A stretch of DNA of 64,000 bases from Geosiphon pyriformis uo1 (Eukaryota; Fungi; Glomeromycota), in assembly GCA_016748015.1 (NCBI GenBank), contig JAAOMT010000570.1:190043-254042 (forward strand). Direction: 5' to 3'. Positions 51,080 to 64,000 of this stretch are shown here, piece after piece. A program made the position numbers and the translations under genes. Position 1 is the first letter of the stretch, and every line of letters starts with the position of its first letter. Below the pieces are notes generated by a model. It was not told the DNA's origin. It made no database searches and was given only the letters and a program-made list of their open reading frames with translations.

Positions 51080-53162
51080 TAAGAAAAATCGAGTGAGGTC
51101 TTGTAATTTTATGTTGCCTGCCACATTCAAAGCTTGATGCTTTGCACATCTCTAGAGGACTATGGAAATAAAGGTTAATGAAAATTTGGGAAAAAATAGA
51201 ATAATCAAGGTTTCTGTTTGAGATTTAGATTTATTTATTATGATTCAATAAAAATTACTTAAAATATTTGTAAAAATTTAAATAAAGTTGATACCTCCTT
51301 TGTGAAACGACTTTTATTATAATATATCTTTTTTTTTTTATCTTTCAGGTTATGTTGTATTAAAGTTGTTGTTTTTTTCATTTTGAACATGGAAAAATTA
51401 AATTTTTAAGCTTTTAAAGTTTTATTATTATTTAAACACCAATAAAATTGTTTGTACACATTTTGTTTTTTTGTTTTTTTTGACAAAATTTTTTTAAAAA
51501 GCATTGCAATAATTTAATTATTTAATAAATATATTAATTTTAAAAATAATAATTAAATTATGTATATATATATAAATTATTAATAAATTAATAAAATCAA
51601 AAATAAGTTTAATTTATACAAATAAAATTATATAAAAAACTTTTTTCAAAATAATAAAAGACCAAATGTAAATTCAAACAAAAGTTATTGGCCAGAAAAA
51701 GAGTTTTAAATTGTAAATTAATACCCCCAGTTTAGGTTAGCTGCATACAAGTTACGATTGTTGCTGGGCTTAAAAAACTTATTTTAACCTTCAAGTGTAT
51801 TACTTGGTCAATCACCGCCTTTTTGAAAAGCTTGTTACATGCGTAGAAAGCGAGACTACTCTGAAGGGTTGACAGGCAAATACATCACTTTTAAATTCAG
51901 GCTACATCACTTTGCAATTTTAAAGATAGTTCGTGGTTCCAGGTTTCATTTTTTTATTTTACCGCCGAATGCAGGGGAAGATAAAGAAAATAAAATGATT
52001 TTGGGATGCTCATACGGTCAAGTTTTTTTTTCATGAAAGAATTTTATTGGGGCAAAAGAAAATTTTAAAAAATTTAAATCAGGAAGAAAAGTTTTGGAAT
52101 AGAATCCATTTGTAAACGATTAAGTTAGAGTATAACAATTTAAACCCAACAAGTTTCTTAAAAAAGTAAAAATCATTATCAAGATTTCGCTTCGAGTCAA
52201 GCAAACTATTGCGGAATGTCCAACTATCACAAAAGTGCTCATCAGACCAACTTGAAAAAACGGAATTTTCCGTATATTTCAAGTTTTTTTTTGGCTTTTT
52301 ACAGAAACTTTTGAGCCCGCCAAATGGGATGAAATGCGGTTCTTATGTAAGATAATAATTATTATAAAATTATAAAAAAATTATAAAAATTTCCCTCAAA
52401 AAAAAAAACCCATTTAATCATTTAAAAAATGTAGATATCATCATGATACATAATTAACAATTTCTCGATTCTAAAGATTATTTTCAAAAGTTCTTTTGAA
52501 CCCTTTTTGAAGTCTGCAATGGATACATGTTAATCATTAAATTAAAGTTTTTTCGAGGTTTTTAAAGTTTGAAATAATTTTTAAAAAAAAGAGACCAAAA
52601 AATTAAAAAGGATTCAGAATTGTGTGAAGTTCAAATCAAAGATATCATTTTGGGAAATGATTAACTGCCAAGTCTTAGATTTAATTTTTTTTTTTTGCAA
52701 ACAATTCTAAGACTTATCTTTTATCAATATCGCTACCCCAATCCCCCATATACATATATTGAATAATCATCATAGCGATTAGGGAAATTTTTTCCAGATT
52801 TCATCGTTTAACTTTTGGAAATTTTTTTCATTATGTTGGAAACTTTTATAAACATTAAAAAAAGTTTTTTAGAAAAAAATCAATAAAACAATTCGTTTGA
52901 TTCTATCTTAAAAAAATACTTTTTTATCCCGTTCTGTCGAATTAAAAGATCAACGAAAATAGGAAAATAAACAATTTGAGTATCTTCATAAACTTGTTTT
53001 AATCTTGACTCAAACTACCACGATTCATCATCACATTAACAAATTTATCATGGCTTTTTCTCAAAAAAAAAAAAAAATATTCAATCATAGTGATAGGTAT
53101 TATTACTAATAATCAAATTTTATTGTTCACCATTGTTTCATCCCCGGATTCTTCGTCGCCCG

Positions 53163-53193
<31 letters not shown>

Positions 53194-53293
53194 TATGATG
53201 ATAATGATGATGATAATATGTATCATAATAGTAATAGTAGTAATAGTAGTAATAGTAATAGTAATAGTAATAGTAATAGTAGTAGTAGTGGTG
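53163..53293 (+). repeat. Compound microsatellite (GAT/TATGAT)n then (TAATAG/TAG)n
   Basis: Seen directly. Confidence 0.9.
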
Positions 53294-53919
53294 GAAGTTC
53301 GTGTTTGTGTTCTCTCCCCATTGATTAGTTTGGATTCTCCTTCCTTCTAATATTCTCTAAATAGTGATTTTTTTGAATGATGTATTGAATACATAGAAAG
53401 ACGCTCAATACCATTTTAGTTTGTCCTTTTCCTCAAAGGTGTGAACATCCTGTTACCCTTTTAATAATATCTACTTTTTAAGTCGCTCTTCTTTGCTTCG
53501 AGCTGGTCGTCTATTTTTTCCTTAAAAAATAAAAAAAGTTTCTTTTTTTCCCCGCGCGTGTTTATTCTCTTTTTCTCTTCATACTCACCTAAAAAGAACA
53601 AAATTTTTTTAAAAATTACCAAAGAACTTTGTGAATATCAAAACTCATTTTACTCACAAAGTACCGCATAATAACAATATTCAGTCAAGAATACGCTAGT
53701 TTCTCAACATATATTATTGTATTACTTGACCGTGTTTCTAGCTTATTATTTTTCTTAAACAACCTGGAATTCACGTATTTCCTAAGCAGACAATTTTGAA
53801 CGGTTGCTACCTATCTACCTACCCTTTTCTCTTTCGAAAAGAACGACACTCTTTTTTCTTTTATAAAACAACATCTCAACTTCTCTTCACCCAACTTTAG
53901 AAATCACTCTCTGCTAATT

Positions 53920-56900
53920 ATGAGAGAGTTATTATTGGTAGCGAAATATGAAGCAGAAAAGAACGCCAAAAAACAACCTACTACCACCTCTGACGACACT
54001 ACGAATCCAATAATATCTCCTTCCTCTTCATTGTCACCACTTACTTCAACACAATCAGAAACTGAAAACAATGAAAATACAATAAACTCTTCTACCACAG
54101 CTACCCAAGAGAACCTAGTTGGCACTTTAACTCCCGTAGATGAGGAGGAGGAGGAGGAGGAGGAGGAGGACGGGAAGGAGGAAGAAGCAGCAGCACAAGA
54201 AGATAAGATCCAGATCAACCTTGAATCTAAAACTTCTCCCGAAACCGATTCATCTGATAGTCTTTTAGAAGGAGATAATAAATTTTCAATAAATCAATTG
54301 GTCCCTTCTTCGGAAACTACCTTGAGCGAGCAGTCTGCTCTTGAAGAAAATGTAATATCGGCTGAAATTAATGAGAATTCCAATGTTCTTATGATATCAG
54401 AGGAAGAAAGGCGAGAAAAAGAGGCTCACTCCCAAGCTTTACTTTCAAGAAGACAAAGTTTAAAAGAATTTTTTATAAAAAAACAGCCTTATAATTTACA
54501 TAAAGACAATTCAAATGGTAGTACAATATTTTCTAAACCAAAAAACATTGATCAAACCAAGGAAAATGGTGCTGCAGATCATTTAATAATAAACAATTTA
54601 AATGAAAAGGATACAGCTTCTGTAAAGGGGTCACACATGGAAAGGTAGTTTCTCGATTTAATTATTAATCAATCAATTTGCCTTAAATATTGATAAATCT
54701 TTGATATCAATAAACTTATCCCTACTTCCTATTCTCTACTATTATATTAGTCAAGATCTTAATAATAATGAGAATTCAAGGATAATATTGGATTCACCAA
54801 ATTCTTCAGCCGCCATTGCCCAAGAGAATAACACCAAGGAAAATACAAATTTTCCTACAGAAAATTCTTTGTCTTTAGACCTAAGTCCTGACGAAAAACG
54901 ACAACAATCCGCTGCGACAAGGCCAATGCAACGAAAGGATTTAAAAGAATTTATGAAAAAAAAACGTGAAGCTGCCAGTAAAATTGATGATACCGATTCT
55001 CCCGCAAAAAATAATTTATCCAATCAAACAACGTAAGTAAACTGAAAACCATGAAAATCTCAAAATTTATGTGAATTTGACCAATCCTACTTCAAAAAAG
55101 AATTTCCCTCACATTTCACCTATTAGTAATCCAGGAAAATCCAAACATCAACATCAGGAAGGTCGACAAACTGATAATGAATCTGACGACCCATTTGATT
55201 GGGATTCTGAATATGAAAAGGCTGATCTCGTGTCTGGAGCAATCAATTGTGAAATTGACACTATAGATGATGATGATGAAAACTTTTGGAATATAGATAA
55301 GATTGATACCTCTGAGGTTAGTCCTCGATTATTATAAAATGTCAATTTCTAAACCATTCAGAGGATTTCAATTAATTTTGCTCTTTATCTATTATAAAAG
55401 TTGGATAAACATTTAAGTCCATTGGCTTCACCCCTCCGACGTCTATCTCCTGATCCTCAGAGTATTCCTCCGTTTATCAAAGAAGAGGAGGAGGATGAAT
55501 TAAGTGACACTTTTCTAGAAGTTGACAAGCAAGAGGAAGTTGACGATCTTTTAAATTCAACTGCCAATTCACACACCTATCCAGTAAGTTTTTTTGAAAA
55601 TGGTCCTTTAATTTTTAAAATTTTGTTTTGAATTGATTCAAATTTCTTACTATAAAAATAAAGATCAATTCTAAAGAAGAGGACGATTTTGATATGACAT
55701 TGGATGTTCAACTCACACCAATGAATACTCCAGTCTTAAAACCAATTTCACCATCGCCTACACCTTCACCGAATCCATCACTGTCAGGAGGCAGGACTGG
55801 ACTTCATTTCGGTTCACCAAGAACTGGTTTTCCTGGACAATTTGCTCCATCTCCTTCATCCCCTTCGTCTTCAAGAGCATCATCGGTCGCGGATGATTAT
55901 GAAACCATGTCCAATGGATCATATACGTCTGTCATTTCAACAAGTAGTGCCAAGTCAGGGGGAAGTTCAATAAGAAAACCATCAACTACTATGGGACTTC
56001 GTCCCCCAAGTCGTATAAATTCTAAAATTGCCACAACACATTTACAAAAGATAACAAGCCCAACTTCCAGTCGAACAAGGTCTATGAGCATGGCTAGTAC
56101 CAGTTCAACGGAAGGAAGCACTACTTCGTCACTTGGAACTGCTTCACCCAGAATGGCTTCACCCACGCGCGGTCATCGTATGCCATCAATACATCAGACC
56201 TTCAGTCGAGCCAATCTACCAACCCCACGTCCAAGAACAATGAGCAATAGCTCAACGGATAGTGTTAAAATAAAGGCCACTACTACTTCATCCCCTGTTA
56301 ATGCTTTAAATAGGTCGGCTTATGGAACACCTAAACAATCTAGTATTAGTAGGCCTACATCTCCAACTCGTATTAGAACTGGTGGTCCCCCGTTAAGATC
56401 ATCGAATTTGCAACAATCTGCATCTAATCAATCTTCAGCCTTATCTAGACCATCCAGCCGTGCTAGTGGAATGAGAACTCCTAGTGCTGGTATACCCCAA
56501 AGATCACAATCGAGACTTGAAAATATTTCCGAAGCCGCATTAAAAGGAACACCAAGTAAAAGATCAAGACCTCAATCTATCGCTGTTACTTTGCCTAGTG
56601 TTGGTAGCAGGTCCACCGTCACAAGTCCTTCTGGAAGTTCTGGTATTATGGCATCCCCCTCAATATTACGTCCAGCAGGTGGCTCTTCATTTGCTTATAC
56701 TAGCGGTCGTCGCAGTTCTGATAGTCTTTCTTCATATGAAGACTACTCTGCTGCTAATATTATTTTTTCACCTCCAGAATCACCTACTGATGCATCCGAA
56801 ACAGATTCTATGACTTCTCTAACCAGTTCCGTTTCTTACTGTTCCTCACCAGGAAGAGGAACTTCTCCCATTCCTCCGTCCAACTCGATTAACCATTTGA

Positions 56901-57091
56901 ATAACTCAACACCACGAGGTAAACCAAGCGTGACACGGCCTTCCTCGATTATCAACAAAGCTCCTGCTAGCAGATTGGCACCTTTATCACATTCAAAACT
57001 TGCTGCACCTTCCACCACCACTACCACCACTACCACTACCACACAATTGCGACCTCCCAGCGTAATTGGGTTCAGAAGACCAAAAAACTAA
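53920..57091 (+). CDS. Large intrinsically disordered protein (acidic N-half, Ser/Pro/Arg/Thr-rich basic C-half); exons 53920-54644, 54751-55032, 55127-55316, 55401-55583, 55664-57091
   Basis: Five ORF segments join in phase at GT-AG sites; genic base composition with CpG retained; no recognisable folded domain. Confidence 0.8.
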
Positions 57092-58933
57092 TTTTTTTCT
57101 TGGGTTGTGGGATCTTATTGCAAAGGTTCAAAATTTTTCGAGTCTCAAACCCATGGTTCTTGACAGATGACTGGGATGTACTCCTTTAATATATATTACC
57201 TGATCATTTTATTATTATTAATTTCCCCATCGGTTTGTCTGTTGAAATCTTTTAACTGAATGGGACAACAAAATATTTGATTTATTTTATTTGGCTGAAC
57301 TTGGCATGTATTTTTTTCTGTAAGTTTTCCCTCTTTGTACAGTTTTTTTATTATTTTTTCAGTGACAATCACATTATATGTAGTATTTGTTTTTTTTCTT
57401 GTTTACCTCAATCATGTCAGATTTTCTAGAGGAAAAATCAAAAATTGATCTGTGAACAAAATGCCAAGCTATACATATTTTTACAAAAGCTTTATTAATC
57501 TGTTTTACAACCCTTTTCCCACGATTTGCATCTTTTATATTTTCTTGTTTTTGTATAACATCATAGTATGGCGTTTGCACCATAAAACTTTCATTCTAGA
57601 CGTTAGATTTTCTTAGTGAAATACTTTTCTTTGCACCCCATTGTTTTTTGACCGAAATTTTTGGGGAAAGGTGGCGGGACGGATATCAAGTGTTTAAGGA
57701 ATTGGAGCTTGGTTTTAAAATTCTACTTCCGCCATTAGTTCTTACATCAGTTTACAATTACTATTAATTTTTGTATAGTGATTTAAAAAGCCAAAAAATA
57801 TTTAATTGGAACATGATTTCCAAAGCAAAATTTGTGGAGTCATTGAGAATGTCAAATGGGGCGTGGGTGCAAAAAACCAGACAAAGTGAACATTTAAGAT
57901 GACATCACCTTCGCCAATGTTGCCTTGATATGTTTTTTTTCTTTCTTAGAATACCATCCCATCCCTGTTATCCCTGCTGTTGCCAAGGTTGCTGGAATTA
58001 ATCATATAAAAGACATTCGAGTTGAATTGATTTCTTTTTCTTTTTCTCTAATTGCTGTTTAGCTTCCTCTAATTCAGTTTCTAATTCTTTAGTTTTATCC
58101 TTTTTTACCTCAGATTTTAGCATAGTCTTTGGGATTGCATTTTCCATGATGCCTTGAAATTTTGTCATGAGTAGGTCTGGCTTCATTTGGCATTCATCAT
58201 CTTTTCATTTCATATCAGGAATGCATAAGCACGGTAAGCTCAGGTGCATTCTTTTCATATTCTTGTTAAACTTTGTCCTAATGTAATTTTAAATTTCTCC
58301 AATTTCGGCTCAGGTGGTTTTTTTATAATTGGGCATTATTCGCATTTAAAAATGAAGAGGCTGGTTAATTTTCCTGTAAGAATTTTTAAAAAATATCCAC
58401 AGGTAAACAAGCTTTGCATAGTTTTATTTATTTAAATATTTGTTTTAATCACCAATTAATTTTTATTTTTCATTTTTTTTGTTGGTCATTAAATGCAAAT
58501 AAAATTAAATAATTGTATTGTTACAAATAATTTTTAAATGTTTTTTTGGTTATTAAAAACATTAATAAACCAATTATATTAATTAATAATAATGTTATTT
58601 TATAAAAAATAATTGGTTGGGCAACACTTTGTAAAAACATAATAAAAAAAATAAAATTGTCTAAATTATATACAATATTTTAAAATCCAAAAATTATACG
58701 TAAATTAAAAATGTTAATAATATTATATAAAAAGTGTTTTTTTAATAAAATAATTATTTTTTGAATTTAAATTTTTAATCTTAACTATTAAATGTAAATT
58801 TACAAAATTAAATATTCTTATTTAAATGGTTTTAAATGTTTTTTATCTTAAATTAAAATGTTTTGATTTATTTTAAAAATTTTTTGTAATTTAAAAAGAT
58901 TTTAATTGAATTTTTTTTTAAAAATAATTATGT

Positions 58934-58936
<3 letters not shown>

Positions 58937-58973
<37 letters not shown>
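58937..58973 (+). repeat. (AAT)n microsatellite
   Basis: Seen directly. Confidence 0.85.
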
Positions 58974-58976
<3 letters not shown>

Positions 58977-59188
58977 TTAAAAAATTTATATAAAAATTGT
59001 TATTATTTAAAATATTTACTTATTTTACATTATATTTTTAATAAATTAATTAAAAATACATTATAAAAATTTTATTATTTACTTTTATAAATATAATTAA
59101 AAAAAAAGCTTTTTTAATTATAATATTATAAAAATGGAATTTTTTAAATAATACAAATTTAAAACAATTAAAATAAAAATAAATAAAA

Positions 59189-62100
59189 CTTCTTTCTTCC
59201 CTTTGTCCTGAAATCCTAAGAAAGAGTCAATAGTTTTCTGAAAGAAGTTTTTACAATTGAGTACAATAAATCTAAACCCTTTATTCTCGACTATGAAGCC
59301 ACTGTTGGCTGTAGTATTGCTGTCATAAAGAAAACTGCCAAAGTTTCTGGTTCTAGTAATGGTTTTAGATCTGTTCTTCCGAGAAAAAAAAAGAGAAATG
59401 GCGTTTTGGAAAATGGTTCTAGTAGTAAAAATATTGGTCTTAAAGTTCAAAGTAATCACTCATGGGGTTCAGAGGCTGGTGATACCACTGAGTTTGAGAG
59501 TATTGATATGGAGGAGGAGTGTTTAGTTGAGAAAACCAGTTTAATTATGGTGAGGATGGTGCTCTTGTTGGAAGTGATTATGATCAGACACCTATAGGCT
59601 TAAAAGTCAAAACCAAGAAGACATTGGGTAAACTATTGGGAAAAATTGACTTCTCACCAAACAGTAATGATGATAATGTTCTTTTGGATGCCTCTTTAGT
59701 GCTTTCACCATCTGTAAAAAATTTGGTCAACATTTCTGTTTGGAAATTTTTTGCTTTAGATATTAGATTGGACAAAATGGTTGGGAAATCCTTTTATAAA
59801 AAGCTTCAGGTGGTCAGAGAATTGTTTTCAAGAATTAATGGTTTTGGAGGAGGTCTCTACCCCCTCAAAATTTGCTAGGATTGTCAAAGCAACATTTACT
59901 TCTGAATTGAGTTTAATGAAAGCTACCAAATTGGCTACTGATGCAAAGATCCTGGTGAACACTGATCTTAAGAAATCTTTTGGGCATTCAGATCAGGCTG
60001 TGGTGGTAAAAGAAATCCCTGTTGGTATGTTGGTTGAGGCTGTATGTGCTGTGCTTTCTGAATTTGGAATAATTAAATCAGTTAAGATGCAGTTAGTGGG
60101 TTTATAGCAGAAAATGATCATCAAGTTTGAAGATCAGAATCAGGCTGATCTCTTGGCTTCCAGATGGTTCATCCTTATTGGGAAAGATACTGTTCGTGTG
60201 GCCAAGGCCGATTTTAATAAAAAATCATGGAACTTTAAAGATTTGCATAAAGCACTGCTTTATACTCTTCCTGTAGAAACCAATGTTCATAATATCTGGG
60301 ATTATATTGGCTCTGTTGGTGGAAAAACTTGTGTGATTGATCATCATCCAGTCACATATACTCGAACCAGATGTGCCATTGTTTGTTTTGGATCAGCTGA
60401 ATCATTGGATGCCATTATGAGTACTGCTCCTGTGTTAAGAAGTGCTCATCTTTATTGGTCTTATCTGGGCTCAGCTGTGTGCACGAAATGTGGGAAGTTG
60501 GGTTATACTTCTTTGGTTTGTGCTTCTGGTGGGAATCTTCTTTCTAGTAGATTGCCACATCAGGCACTTTCGAACACAGATAAAAGTAGACTGGCAGCCA
60601 TTTATGCTAAACATTCAGCTCCAGTTGCTTGGTCTGTTGCTTTTGGTGGTGCTTTGTGAGCAAGTATTGTGGGTGGGTTTTCTTCTTCTCCTCCTTCTGG
60701 CTGGAATAGTTTGGTCAAATTTGGTTCTTCTTCAGAGATGAAACCTATCCTAATGGTGTCTAAGAAATTGAATGATAGGTTTGCCACTCTTGAGTGTAGT
60801 CTTGTCAGTCTCATGGAATGCATTGACAAGTTGGCTAAGAGGTTGAACTCACCTGGGCCAACAGTTTCTCAGCTTAGCCCTAGATGTTAGCTATTGGTAA
60901 CTCCTTTATCACAGAATCAAGAGATAGATATAGTAATGAGTGAGAGTTCAGGTGTGATCACTGATGGTGAGACTATTGCAGAAGTGGCAGTTTTTGATGC
61001 TTTAGTTGTCTTTAAGATGGAAAATACTCTGAAAAATTTTTCAGTCACAGTTATGGGCCTCTCAGCCAAAATCAACAATGCTGGTTTAGTTTCTCTTTTC
61101 AATGATGAAGCTGGTATGGAAGTTTGCTACATGTAATGTTCGAGGTCTCAATGTTCCTGCTAAACAAGAAGATGTTATTTATTGGCACAAAGAGTCTGGT
61201 AATATGGTGTCTATAGTTATGGAAACAAAATTGAGATCTAACATTAGACCATGGATTATGAACAAATTTGATGATGTGTGCATCTTTACATCTGGCCTGG
61301 ATAATGGATATCTTGGGACTGGGGTTGTGATAGTTATGAACTGTTCTCTGGCTTGACATTTTTTCAAGGTAGAAGAGATCCCTGGTCGCATTATTTCAGT
61401 GTGTCTCCTTTTCAAAAACAAAGTTTCAGTCTCAATTGTTGGTTTGTATGTTTGTGTCTTCCCTGGTGACTGGTTTGAATAGTCACCTGGTATTAATTCC
61501 TTTATTGCTCAGGTGGTTAATTCCAGTAATTTTGTTGTTTTGGGGGGTGATTTCAATGAGGGCAAATCAATGAGAAATGTGAGTTTTGGGTTCTGTTTGA
61601 GTTTAGGTTTAGTTAATTCTTTTGGTGGGTATCCTTTGGCTGGAGCTTTTACTTGGAGCAATTCGAGAGGTGTTGAGAAAATTATTAATTATGTCTTTGT
61701 TAATGAGTGCCTGTTCTCAGCTGTGGCTGGCCACAGAGTGGAATCTGTGACTGAGTTTTTTGATACTGATTATAGAGCTGTTTTGGTCTCAGTAGACTTG
61801 GGTGGTCTTTTGGGTGTGCATTTGGCCAGCATACGTAGGCATGCTAATATGGATCACTGGAAATTCAAGCTGAAAAACATGAATGCTAAAGGATAGGAGC
61901 ATTTTATGGAATGCTCTTTGGACAAGTTTTTGAAGAAGTTAGTTGTGTTTCATAATGCAGAACATAGTGGTGATTTGAATGGCATGTAGGATGTTCTCAA
62001 GGGGATAACAATTGGTGCTGCTAATGCGATTTTCTCTAGACTCTGATATAGCAAATTTGATTGTACAAGGAACAAGACCTCCTCAAAATTTCATGAGTTA

Positions 62101-64000
62101 GAGCTGCTAATATCCAAGATCATTAATAGTATGAAAACTGGCCTGAGCTTGGAGACTGACTATTTAGTTAACACTTGGGCAGACTTAGACAATAGTAAAG
62201 CATTCAAGGTTCAAAGTATGATCGATAGAGACACTAAAATTAAGGATATTGTACATCACATTTTAGTTGTCAAAAAAGGTTACCATAGATCCAAATATCA
62301 TGAATTCAGGATTGTCAAAGATGAGTTCATCAGAGCAACTGTGGCAAAGTATATGGAAAATTTTTGCTCAGATAAGAAAAGAATGATAAAAAGCATTCTA
62401 GATCAGCCCTTCAGGAAAGTGGTTCTTAATTATTTGATTGTGGATGATAAACTTATCTTGGAGCCTCAGGCCATTAAGTTTTCAGTTAATACTATAATGG
62501 AAAGTTGAACAAAAAAGCACTTGGTCTCTGGTGACCTTCTGGCTTGGTGGCTTGACCAATATGCTCCTTTGGATTATGTTGCCGATGATGCATTTTCAGA
62601 TGTCATGTGTGATATTAGTCTGGACAAACTTTTGGTGGTTGTCAAGGAATTGCCTGATGACAAGACTGCTGGACTTTTTGGAATTCCCAATGAACTTTAG
62701 AAACACAGTAGTTCTCTGGTTCTTAATGGTCTTCTGAGTTTACTCAATAGGTGTTTAAAATCTGGTAGTGTTTCCACACCGTGGAGGGAATCTTGGGTCT
62801 CCATAATTCTTAAACCATATGATTGGAAAGGCACTCTCACCAACACTAGGCCAATAGCACTGGTTGAAACCACTTGAAAGATCTTGTCTAAAATTCTTTC
62901 AGACAGAATTTTTTTGGCTTACAGTAGGTTTGACATTTTGTGGGGTAACAACTTTTTAGTTTTGAAGGGCACTTCCACACAATCTCCAATTTTTGCTGTT
63001 GGCTCAATTGTTGAAAACACTTTGGAGAAGAATAGAGAGTTGTGGTTAGTTTTTCAGGATATGTACAAAGCTTATGACTCTGTTGGTTGGACTCATTTGT
63101 ATAACAGTCTAGTCAGGATCAAAATGTGCTCCCACTTCATAAATTTTTTTGGTGATATACACAATGGAAGATACAATTGAGTTATGACAGATTTTGGTCT
63201 GTCTAATGGTTATATTGTGCACAATGGTTTGGACCAAGAGGAGATGTTTTCACTACTTTTGTGGCAGATTTTTTGACCCATTGCTCTGTGAGGTCAAAAA
63301 ACATAAACAATTGTATGGTTACAGAATGTGCTTGAACTTCTACACTAAGTCTGGTAGGCCAGATCTGAATAGTGGCAATACTTTATTTTTCGCTGCAGGT
63401 GCCTTTGTTGATGACACAATTTAGATTGGGAACTGCTTGACAGCAATTCAAAATATTTTAAACATAGCTAGTGAGTTTTTTTCTATTAACAACATTTCAA
63501 TTAACAATGATAAGACTGTTGCCATCCCTATCAACCAAGGTGTCCTGAAAGCTAAGTTATTCATTAGTGGATTAAATATTTTGGTGGCCAAGAGGAGTGA
63601 ATCTCATCATTATTTGGGAATTTTTTTGTTTACTAAGAGCTTGTCCAAGCCGAGTCTAGCCAAGACTCATGCCAATATCAGATTTTTTTCAAATGTGGTT
63701 CTGAGGAAAGCAATTATTGAGAAACAATTTTTGTATTTGGTTTTTGCTGTCCTACAGCCAATTGTTTGTTACAGATTTCAATTTAGCTTTGCATCTAAGA
63801 GTGTTTGTGAAAAATGGGACAAGCTGTTGAGAAAGGGTCTTAAGCTTAAAGCAAATTTGCCCAAGGACTTTTCTAGCATAGCACTGTATTATCCCAAGTT
63901 GTATGATCTGAAGCCTTTTGAACAGGTGCTTACTGAAAGTTTGATGGCCAATCTGGTCAACTTTAGCAATGTGGGTGGGACTCTTGGCAGGTTTTTTGAC
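59189..64000 (+). mobile_element. LINE non-LTR retrotransposon (ORF1 ~59293-61100; ORF2 APE endonuclease + RT from 61102), inactivated, runs off the window
   Basis: ORF1 with CTKCGKLGYTSLVC knuckle; ORF2 KFATCNVRGLN, VLGGDFNE, FTWSNSRG (APE), RPIALVET, QDMYKAYDSVGW, AFVDDTI (RT); many TGG>TAG/TGA-type stops. Confidence 0.93.

Noticed and set aside
51720-52330. Moderately GC-richer intergenic patch with short ORFs
   Set aside because: No recognisable protein or RNA motif.
53090-53350. 86-aa hydrophobic ORF (MIMIM..VIVIV)
   Set aside because: Translation of a microsatellite.

Overview
AT-rich, intron-rich fungal genomic window. Gene structure and repeat families point to an early-diverging Mucoromycota/Glomeromycotina fungus and recall Geosiphon-type repeats; this is inference, not tested. 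Five host genes: the 3' end of a class V myosin, a secreted class-3 lipase homologue that has lost all three catalytic residues, RRP36, a type II membrane fucosyltransferase-like glycosyltransferase, and a large disordered Ser/Pro/Arg-rich protein. They sit among nested, C-to-T-eroded transposons. The main structure is a ~0.5 kb 5'-truncated LINE (9-bp TSD, poly-A) split by two full-length Ty3/Gypsy elements of different families, A (4870-14567, +) and B (14666-24518, -). Both share an unusual layout: ORF1 = N-terminally extended Gag, protease, Cys-rich domain, dUTPase, RT, RNase H; integrase apparently in its own ORF; then a conserved non-Env ORF3. Each family has its own 20-23 bp tandem array in the LTR. 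The clearly readable 4-bp TSDs are centred on an original or inferred CpG. Also present: a Tc1/mariner inside an old LTR, a family-B solo LTR inside a decayed RNase H-bearing LINE, a younger LINE running off the right end, and microsatellites.
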